Shown here one piece after another: positions 57,294-64,000 of a DNA stretch of 64,000 bases (position 1 is its first letter; every line of letters begins with the position of its first letter). Where the stretch lies: assembly GCA_964609775.1 (NCBI GenBank), contig CAZSSJ010000002.1, positions 19,260 through 83,259 of the forward strand. The letters are read 5' to 3'. The stretch is from an uncultured Gammaproteobacteria bacterium. Lineage in GTDB: Bacteria; Patescibacteriota; Microgenomatia; JAMCZE01. The position numbers were made by a program, and so were the translations under genes. The notes under the pieces were generated by a model. It was not told where the DNA came from, did not search any database, and saw only the letters and a list, made by a program, of their open reading frames with translations.

Positions 57294-58574
57294 ATGGACA
57301 ATATTATTGAAGTCAGTGATCTATCTAAAAAGTACCGTCTCGGCCAAGAACAGCGCTATTACACGCTACGGGACAGCATTGCGTCTTTGTCTTCGCTTCC
57401 CAAACAGCTTTGGGGGGTGTGGGGAAATTTTAGCGAAATTCTTGAAAAAAATGAATTTTGGGCTCTTAAAGACGTTTCTTTTTCGGTCAAACGAGGCGAA
57501 GTTGTTGGAGTCATCGGGAAAAACGGTGCTGGTAAAAGCACTCTGCTTAAAATTCTGTCTCGCATCACTCCTCCAACCTATGGTCAAGCTCGACTGCGTG
57601 GTCGTGTAGCTAGCCTTCTGGAGGTTGGAACTGGTTTTAACCAGGAATTAACAGGCCGCGAAAATATCTTTCTCAACGGTGCTATCTTAGGCATGAGCCG
57701 CCAAGAGGTAAGAAGAAAATTCGACGAGATAGTCGCTTTTGCCGAAGTCGAAAGGTTCATCGACACGCCAGTGAAACGTTATTCTTCAGGGATGTATTTG
57801 CGCCTTGCCTTTGCCGTCGCCGCCCATTTGGAACCAGAAATACTTCTGGTTGACGAAGTCCTTTCCGTTGGTGATGCCCAATTTCAAGAAAAGAGTTTGG
57901 GAAAAATGCGCGAAATTACCCAGCAGGAAGGCAGGACAATAATATTTGTCAGTCACAACATGGGTGCAATTAACGCTCTTTGCAACCGGTGTTTATTGCT
58001 TGAACAAGGGCAGACTGTCGCTTTCGGCGAAACCGCCGAGGTCGTCACCAAATACTTATCGTCGAAAAGAAAATCAGTCAACAATATTTGGAAGATTCCG
58101 AAAAAACCGTCCGTCCCATTTTATGTTTCTAAAATGTGGTTAACTGACGAAAACGGGAAAGCTATTTCTCAAATAGAGATGGGAGAAAATGTTAACCTCA
58201 ATCTAGAAGCTAAAATTACTCAGGAAATCAGGGATGGAGTCCTTGCCGCTCTCGTCGCTACGGAAGGATCACCGCTTCTTTATATCTATGATACTGACAA
58301 CTCCCCAGAACTGCGTCGGAAGCGTCGGGTAGGTAAATATTTTGAACAGGTTCTCCTGCCCACATCCATATTTAAAGAAGGCGACTACACGATCAGTATA
58401 ATGATCGGCCACGGACAAGATAATCTCACCGACCAAAACTGTGAAATTTCCTTCAAGATCGTTAACACCAAAAGGGATTTGACACACCTCAGTTTCCGTA
58501 AAAACAGACTAGGATTTCTTTATCAGGAAACCCACTGGGAGGTGCGCCAACTTGGACGTCAAAAAGAGTACTAA
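57294..58574 (+). CDS. ABC exporter ATP-binding protein (Wzt/TagH-like) with a C-terminal extension of about 170 aa
   Basis: Walker A GKNGAGKST; signature YSSGMYLRLAFAVA; Walker B ILLVDEVLSVGD; then a non-NBD C-terminal domain (…VSKMWLTDENGKAISQIEMGENVNLNLEAKI…ISFKIVN). Confidence 0.75.
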   Translation: MDNIIEVSDLSKKYRLGQEQRYYTLRDSIASLSSLPKQLWGVWGNFSEILEKNEFWALKDVSFSVKRGEVVGVIGKNGAGKSTLLKILSRITPPTYGQARLRGRVASLLEVGTGFNQELTGRENIFLNGAILGMSRQEVRRKFDEIVAFAEVERFIDTPVKRYSSGMYLRLAFAVAAHLEPEILLVDEVLSVGDAQFQEKSLGKMREITQQEGRTIIFVSHNMGAINALCNRCLLLEQGQTVAFGETAEVVTKYLSSKRKSVNNIWKIPKKPSVPFYVSKMWLTDENGKAISQIEMGENVNLNLEAKITQEIRDGVLAALVATEGSPLLYIYDTDNSPELRRKRRVGKYFEQVLLPTSIFKEGDYTISIMIGHGQDNLTDQNCEISFKIVNTKRDLTHLSFRKNRLGFLYQETHWEVRQLGRQKEY

Positions 58575-59520
58575 CCACCTTGTCCGGTACTTAGACAGGG
58601 CCTTTGGAGTCAGATCAGTTTTTCCTCTAAACCCGGTCAGAAAAAGGGCCAGAAAGGAACTTCTTAGACGGCTATCATCCGGAATTTATAAATTCCAGGA
58701 GATAAATTGTCCCTCCTGTGCCAGTCATAGATTTACAATCTTGGCTAAACAGGACATGTACGCCCTGCCGCATCTTGTGGTCATTTGCCTCTGTTGCTCG
58801 CTGGTTTATACGCGACAAAGATTGACGGAAAAATCTTTGTCAAACTTTTATCAAAATCTCTACCAGCAGTTAGACCGGGGTAGGGATTTGCCAAAAGAAG
58901 AATATTTCCGTTTAGAATCTAAAAAAGGACAAGACATTTTCCACTATATGTTCAATAACTCTTTGCTACCTCCTAAAAACACACTCATTGTTGAAATTGG
59001 TTGTGGTGTTGGAGGCGTACTTTATCCATTCCGAAAGTACGGTTATGAGATAATAGGTTGCGATTTCAATCAAGACTATATCAATTTTGGCATCACCACC
59101 CGCGGTCTTAATCTAAAAGCTGGAGGATTGAAAGAGATATCAAAAGTCCTCTTTAAAAGCAAAAAGAAAGTAGGTCTAGTCATTTATGAACAAGTATTTG
59201 AACATCTACCTGACCCCAAAAAAGAATTAACACAACTTAAAAAAATTATGACATCAAACACTTTACTCTATCTTGGCGTTCCAGGAATTAAAAATATTCG
59301 TCATCACTACCAGGAAAATTTTCGTGCATTCCTTCAATTTCCCCATTTGACCTATTTTGAACTGTCAACTCTTAAATCTCTGCTTGCTAGTCAGGGATTT
59401 CAATTATTAAAGGGGACTGAGAGAATTAGAGGAGTTTTTAAACTGGGTCAGAAAAGAAATATCCTCCTCACCAACCCGGATGGGATTATAACCTATATTC
59501 AAAATTTGAAATTTATCTAA
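58552..59520 (+). CDS. SAM-dependent methyltransferase with an N-terminal Cys4 zinc-ribbon
   Basis: CPSCASH…CLCCSLVY, then LIVEIGCGVGGVLYPFRKYGYEIIGCDFN…VFEHLPDPKKEL. Confidence 0.55.
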   Translation: MDVKKSTNHLVRYLDRAFGVRSVFPLNPVRKRARKELLRRLSSGIYKFQEINCPSCASHRFTILAKQDMYALPHLVVICLCCSLVYTRQRLTEKSLSNFYQNLYQQLDRGRDLPKEEYFRLESKKGQDIFHYMFNNSLLPPKNTLIVEIGCGVGGVLYPFRKYGYEIIGCDFNQDYINFGITTRGLNLKAGGLKEISKVLFKSKKKVGLVIYEQVFEHLPDPKKELTQLKKIMTSNTLLYLGVPGIKNIRHHYQENFRAFLQFPHLTYFELSTLKSLLASQGFQLLKGTERIRGVFKLGQKRNILLTNPDGIITYIQNLKFI

Positions 59521-59532
59521 TTTGCCATCCCT

Positions 59533-60258
59533 ATGGCTTTGGAAAAGCAAGACCTAACGCTGCTCCTTAGATTAAGAAAACAATATCCCGAAGGAAAAAA
59601 TCTGTGTATTTTAGGCGATTGCACTTTTCATTTTACCGATGAAACACTCAATCGAAAGTGTGGAATTAAATTTAAAGGGCAAGCAAAACAGACGACTTTA
59701 AAGTCTTTTAGCCAAGCCTATGGCTTCGAAACAGCGGTGACTATAGATATTGACGGCAATCCAACCCTTAAATTCGATTTACAAAAGAAGCTCCCTCGGA
59801 ATTTGATCGGAAAATTTGATTGGGTTATTGATGCTGGCACGTTATTCTGGTGTTTTGATATTGCCGGGATTTGGGAAAATATCCTCCTGCTTCTTAAGCC
59901 TCACGGTTGTGTGTTTCACATTGATGCCTTAACCGGCTATTTTGGCCGGGGTTATTATTCTTTGCATCCACGGTTGTTTAGCGATTTCTATAGCCAGAAT
60001 GGCCTAAAAATTATTACGTTCGCTTACCGTCTCAGGCCACCATCCCTTAATATTATCGAAAAAAGGTTCCGGAGACTTGAGTGGCAACCTTTTCCGCCAA
60101 GCCACATGTTTTTAAAAAATGCGGATAAATTTAATATGGAATTTTCTGATAAAAACACCACGGACCCGTCAATTGTGCCAAATGATGCCGTTTTGGCCTG
60201 TTTCGCGGTAAGGGCGAAAAAAGTGCCTTTCCAAACCGTTTTACCGTCAAATATTTAA
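59533..60258 (+). CDS. hypothetical protein, possibly a degenerate methyltransferase-like Rossmann fold
   Basis: NLCILGDCTF…FDWVIDAGTLFWCFD…LLLKPHGCVF; only weak resemblance. Confidence 0.3.
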   Translation: MALEKQDLTLLLRLRKQYPEGKNLCILGDCTFHFTDETLNRKCGIKFKGQAKQTTLKSFSQAYGFETAVTIDIDGNPTLKFDLQKKLPRNLIGKFDWVIDAGTLFWCFDIAGIWENILLLLKPHGCVFHIDALTGYFGRGYYSLHPRLFSDFYSQNGLKIITFAYRLRPPSLNIIEKRFRRLEWQPFPPSHMFLKNADKFNMEFSDKNTTDPSIVPNDAVLACFAVRAKKVPFQTVLPSNI

Positions 60259-60276
60259 TTACTTGAGTTAATACCT

Positions 60277-60915
60277 GTGCCAAATAACGCCGATATTCTT
60301 ATTGTTGTAGCTCACCCGGACGACGAGTCCTTATGGTTTGGCGAAGGAATTCACCAGCTGGTAGCTAGGGGCAAAAATATAATTGTCCTTTGCCTCTCAG
60401 GTGGATCAAATCCAATCCGAAGCGCCGAATTTAAAAAAGCCTGCTTAAGACTCAAAGTTAAAGGCAAGATGCTGAACAATCCTGATCGAGGGATGCCGCG
60501 TTTGCAGACTAGCCCAAGTGACCTAGATTTGGTCGATTGGCATCCCGAATATGTGATAACTCATGCACCGTGGGGAAATGAACGACATCATCCCCACCAC
60601 CAACAGTGCTTTCAAATCTCCCGGTCATGGGCTTTAAAAGGGGGAATTCCGTTTGGTTATTTCTCGGAAAAAAAACCTCTCATTCTGAATCCTTTAATAG
60701 AAACGATCGAGTTTTCAGTCAACCGTCCGAGGAAAAACGCCCTTTTGTCCATCTATGATTCAGAAATTTCCGGACTTCGCGACTACGAAGCCTACCACCA
60801 CGACAAGGAATATCTAATTATCGAGCGAAAATATTTTTCCCGCATTTCCAAGATATTCACTAGGCTTTGCCAAACCTTAAGTTCTATTTTCGAATCGCGA
60901 GGACCACGAACGTGA
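60277..60915 (+). CDS. LmbE/PIG-L family N-acetylglucosaminyl deacetylase (GTG start)
   Basis: ILIVVAHPDDESLWFGEGI…VLCLSGGS…: the HPDDE zinc-binding signature. Confidence 0.65.
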   Translation: MPNNADILIVVAHPDDESLWFGEGIHQLVARGKNIIVLCLSGGSNPIRSAEFKKACLRLKVKGKMLNNPDRGMPRLQTSPSDLDLVDWHPEYVITHAPWGNERHHPHHQQCFQISRSWALKGGIPFGYFSEKKPLILNPLIETIEFSVNRPRKNALLSIYDSEISGLRDYEAYHHDKEYLIIERKYFSRISKIFTRLCQTLSSIFESRGPRT

Positions 60916-60966
60916 GTTCGAGGCGTTGCGAGAGAAAAGAAACTGGCGAAGCCAAAACGAAAGAGA

Positions 60967-60986
60967 CCTCGGGCGTAAGCCCGAGG
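60967..60986. terminator. perfect 8-bp GC-rich hairpin (CCTCGGGC-GTAA-GCCCGAGG) in a 97-bp intergenic gap; possible terminator or RNA structural element
   Basis: Inverted repeat read directly; no U-tract follows it. Confidence 0.25.
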
Positions 60987-61011
60987 AGTTTCATACAATT
61001 AAAATAATCAG

Positions 61012-62154
61012 ATGCCGTGCATATTAAAAAAACTGGCAAGGAAAAGTCCGGGTATAGTCACTTTTACTCATAACGAAGCCCTATATGGTTTACCGGCGAG
61101 ATCGCGTAAGGTTAAAAACTACATTACCCAAACCTCTGGGAAAAGATGGATTTATGGCGTTCATCTTCAGGGCAGCTTGAAACATCTGAAGGAGTGGCCA
61201 CTTGAGCCCTGGCAAGCATTCATTTCTTGGTCGAACCCAAAGTCCCCATTTCTGTCAAATGTCCCCACCGAAAAACTAATTGATATTAATCACATTAATC
61301 TTCTACCCGAATTTGGGTTTACCCCACGCCCTAAGATTTGGGACATCATCATTATTTCTCGGCCATCAAAAATTAAAAGAATTCAGGAATCAGTTTTCAT
61401 CATTAAAAAATTAATGTTGAAAAGACCTGAGTTAAAAACAATTTTTATCGTTCCAACTCCCAGTCGGCAAGCCAAAGACATTGACCGGAGTTTTTTTGAA
61501 TTGCCCAAAAGGTTATTTTCTACTAAAGAGATGAAAAATACATCATTTATTGTTTCACCGACTGAAAGTTTCGGAAATTTTCCCGTTTCCTCAGAACTAA
61601 TATCAAAATTGATTTCACAGTCAAAATTTTTACTGTTAACTTCTCACCGTGAAGGTGGGCCACGGGCGATTGGCGAAGCGCTTCTGGCGGGAACACCCTG
61701 CATTATATCTAAAAATTTAGACACGGGAATCGTGGGCGTTTTTGACAATAAAAATACTCTCACAATCGACGACAATATCGATCTAGCCACGCAGCAAATT
61801 AATCAAGGCTTGCAAAATTACTCTTCATTTAAAATTGATGATAAAAAAATCTGCCGCTTTTTCAGTGAGCGGCATAATAAGCCAATATTTAAAGCCAAAT
61901 TATCAAAACTACTAACACAAATGAGTTACCAGGTGGCGGGAGAATGGTATCTTGAAGATTTGTCTTTTCGGCTCTGCGGTCACGGTCGAAAATTCAGTTT
62001 TCAATCCCTGGACGACGACCGACAATTCTTTTTTTGGTTTGATAAGATTACTTCAGTAAATCCATATGATGAAGATGGTCTGATTTATCACCCCGAATCA
62101 TTATCAGACTATGCTCTTCGGAAACTAAAAAGGTTATGGCAGACAAGACGCTGA
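61012..62154 (+). CDS. glycosyltransferase, GT4-like C-terminal domain
   Basis: …FLLLTSHREGGPRAIGEALLAGTPCIISKNLDTGIVGV…. Confidence 0.45.
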   Translation: MPCILKKLARKSPGIVTFTHNEALYGLPARSRKVKNYITQTSGKRWIYGVHLQGSLKHLKEWPLEPWQAFISWSNPKSPFLSNVPTEKLIDINHINLLPEFGFTPRPKIWDIIIISRPSKIKRIQESVFIIKKLMLKRPELKTIFIVPTPSRQAKDIDRSFFELPKRLFSTKEMKNTSFIVSPTESFGNFPVSSELISKLISQSKFLLLTSHREGGPRAIGEALLAGTPCIISKNLDTGIVGVFDNKNTLTIDDNIDLATQQINQGLQNYSSFKIDDKKICRFFSERHNKPIFKAKLSKLLTQMSYQVAGEWYLEDLSFRLCGHGRKFSFQSLDDDRQFFFWFDKITSVNPYDEDGLIYHPESLSDYALRKLKRLWQTRR

Positions 62155-63015
62155 TATTTTTTCTCCTCATGATTCCTGGCACCCTGCTCCTCGGAATCAA
62201 TGACGTTCTTGCTCGAAAGATTCTTCGTTCCGGGGTGGCCGACAGTCTTCTTGTGGGGCTAATGTTCTTGGCCTCGGGAGTTCTTGGCCTTGCCCTTTTA
62301 TCTCTTTTTGGTCTTCCGGAAATAAAAAATGGCTTTTGGCTGGTTTTTTCGGGAACTGTAATTCTCAATGTTTTTGGTCAGGTGGCTTGGTACCGAGCCT
62401 TCAAACTCGAGAGGTATCTTTACTTTCTCCACTGTGCCTCTTGACCCCGCCCCTCGTCATTTTCACCGGCTCCTCCTTCTTCACGAACAGCCAACACTTG
62501 CCGGTGTCAGCGGGATCCTGATTACCACACTGGGTTTGTTAGTCCTCCTCCAGCCGGATCTTTTATCAACAGAGCTAAAAATAAAAGCTGTTGTCTTGAG
62601 AAAAGGCGTGGTCTACGGCATTATCGGCGCCATCCTATTTTCCTTTTCTTTTCCCTTGGACAAAATCACCATATCAAAACCTTCAGGTCTCGTTTTGGCA
62701 GCTGGAATGAGTACGGCCGTCGGTCTAACGACCCTTCTCTACAGCCTTGTGACGAGCAGTGGACAGCGTGCTAATCCTCATCTTCTCATCAAAGAAAAAA
62801 CCCTCATATTTCTAATCATCACTATCTTTGCTGGCACCGTGCTCGTTTCCCAAGCCCTCCTCTACGCTCCCGTGGCCAACGCCGCCAGTGTTAAAAGGCT
62901 CTGGTCCCTCTGGGCTGTGATCTTGGGCGGGAAGTTTCTCCACGAGAGTCACATCAAAGAAAAAATTATTGCCACAGTCATTATGGCCTTGGGGATTTTT
63001 CTGCTCTCAGTTTAG
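62136..63015 (+). pseudogene. EamA/DMT-family transporter disrupted by two closely spaced -1 frameshifts (or assembly errors)
   Basis: The coding signal passes from frame 0 (…GQVAWYRAFKLE, to about 62412), to frame 2 (…SLLSPLCLLTPPLVIFTGSSFF), to frame 1 (FLHEQPTLAGVSGILITTLGLLVL… to 63015). Joined together, the pieces give a typical 10-TM EamA protein. Confidence 0.45.
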
Positions 63016-63588
63016 GGGTAGGGAAGTTGGGTCAACTCTTTTAGCCTGAAGTAATAAATTACAAAAATCTCGTACCGCGCCGCTACCAGCCTCCCGTGAT
63101 GCTGTGAAATGGGCGATGTCCTTGATAATCTTCTCCGCTCCGGCAGGGCAAGCCGCCAGACCGACCTTTTTCATCACTGGGTAATCGCCCAAATCATCGC
63201 CCATAAACGCACATTCATCCCAAGCAAGACCCAGTTTTTTCAGCCAATTTCCAACGACCTTGACTTTCCCTTCTCCCGCCGCCTGGACAAAAACGTCTAC
63301 TTTAGGCCACTTGCCGGATTTAGCCGAAGGCAAACTGTTTAATTTTTCAGCGAATTTTGGCAAGAAATTGTCGCCCGTTGCAGTGACAAAGCAGATTCTC
63401 AGGCCTATCCCGCGCAGAAGCGAAATCCCCTGGCCATCAACATGGCTTCTAACGCGTTGGACTTCACCCTTTTCGGAGTCAAACCAGACGGTCGCCGAAA
63501 AAAGGACCCCGAGCGACCCAAAGCCGGCCGCTTTAATTTTTTTAGCTTGAGCTAGAACCTTACTCTTTTGTGTCTTTCTTTTTACCAT
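63007..63588 (-). CDS. KdsC-family HAD-IIIA phosphatase (Kdo-8-P / nonulosonate-9-P phosphatase-like)
   Basis: …CAFMGDDLGDYPVMKKVGLAACPAGAEKIIKDIAHFTASREAGSGAVRDFCNLLLQAK: the KdsC C-terminal signature. Confidence 0.65.
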   Translation of the reverse strand: MVKRKTQKSKVLAQAKKIKAAGFGSLGVLFSATVWFDSEKGEVQRVRSHVDGQGISLLRGIGLRICFVTATGDNFLPKFAEKLNSLPSAKSGKWPKVDVFVQAAGEGKVKVVGNWLKKLGLAWDECAFMGDDLGDYPVMKKVGLAACPAGAEKIIKDIAHFTASREAGSGAVRDFCNLLLQAKRVDPTSLPLN

Positions 63589-64000
63589 TGTTAAGTTGTT
63601 TTTTTAAAAAGCTTTCGGCTAAAGACCAGTCGGCCGGTTCGTCAATGTCAATCGCCTTTTCTTCCGGCATGACATAGACACCAATTTTACCACCCAAGCG
63701 ATTTTTATAAGTCTCTAAGACTTCTTTCTTCGTCAGGTAAAACGCCCCATTTTCATTGACCACGCCTTCAAATTCCTGTCGTCTGGGACGATGCAAGTAG
63801 TCATAGTTTAGCGGCTTGCCGTCTAGTGTCCAGTAGAACTTTTTGTACAGTATTCCAGTTAGCATTGAATCCCAGCCATTTTCAAAGAACAATTCAATCG
63901 CCTGGTCCAAATCCTCGCTGGTCGTAAATGGCGATGTGGCCTGAATCAGATTTAAAACGTTAAAATCCTTTATGAGTGTCGCAAAATGGAGCATTACCGA
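63560..64000 (-). CDS. acylneuraminate/Kdo-type cytidylyltransferase (CTP_transf_3, NeuA/PseF/LegF-like), 3' portion; the N-terminus lies beyond the window
   Basis: …LIQATSPFTTSEDLDQAIELF…KKFYWTLDGKPLNYDYLHRPRRQEFEGVVNENGAFYLTKKEVL…IGVYVMPEEKAIDIDEPADW. Confidence 0.65.
   Translation of the reverse strand, partial: SVMLHFATLIKDFNVLNLIQATSPFTTSEDLDQAIELFFENGWDSMLTGILYKKFYWTLDGKPLNYDYLHRPRRQEFEGVVNENGAFYLTKKEVLETYKNRLGGKIGVYVMPEEKAIDIDEPADWSLAESFLKKQLNNGKKKDTKE

Noticed and set aside
1-64000. Mobile elements, integrases, CRISPR arrays, rRNA
   Set aside because: I could not recognise any. There are no transposase- or integrase-like ORFs, no long direct repeats, and no conserved rRNA motifs.

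Overview
Reading by eye only, this window looks like one very large surface-glycosylation island, probably from a small-genome candidate-phyla (CPR/Microgenomates-like) bacterium; that taxonomic guess is inference only. About 55 genes are packed almost end to end, mostly with 4-nt ATGA overlaps, and all but three lie on the + strand. I see two modules. Module 1 (about 360..34480) is an uninterrupted co-directional run dominated by at least 18 polytopic GT-C-type lipid-carrier-dependent glycosyltransferase paralogues. These comprise three tandem YfhO-family genes plus a fourth copy, three YfhO-related 'PTPS-related/COG5617'-type membrane proteins, six close GT39/PMT_2 (ArnT-like, DE-motif) paralogues, and several more divergent GT-C candidates. 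Interleaved with them are a Wzx/MOP flippase, a GtrB/ArnC-type polyprenyl-phosphate sugar synthase (GT2 with C-terminal TM helices), other GT2 enzymes and one GT4. A single minus-strand gene (34475..35122) encodes a PaaX-like winged-helix regulator with a Cas2-like C-terminal domain; it converges on module 1 and diverges from module 2. Module 2 (35326..62154) holds further GT2/DPM1-like synthases (one paired with a DUF2304 mini-membrane protein), more GT-C proteins including a PIG-V-like one, about eight cytoplasmic GT4 enzymes, four SAM-methyltransferases and an enolase-superfamily enzyme. It also carries an acyltransferase-3, a Wzm/Wzt ABC exporter whose ATPase has a C-terminal extension, and a LmbE/PIG-L deacetylase. 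The window ends with a doubly frameshifted EamA transporter gene, then a KdsC-like phosphatase and the 3' part of a NeuA-like cytidylyltransferase on the minus strand. I found no rRNA, tRNA, CRISPR array, transposase or integrase. Two short in-frame but frame-breaking tandem repeats, 7-mer x ~4 and 8-mer x3, lie inside GT-C genes. The main candidate for the undescribed system is the massively expanded, co-transcribed battery of extracytoplasmic polyprenol-phosphate-sugar-dependent glycosyltransferases (YfhO, COG5617-type and GT39-like) with their own donor synthases and flippase, apparently under a PaaX-like regulator, next to an ABC-transporter-dependent methylated/acylated glycan pathway.
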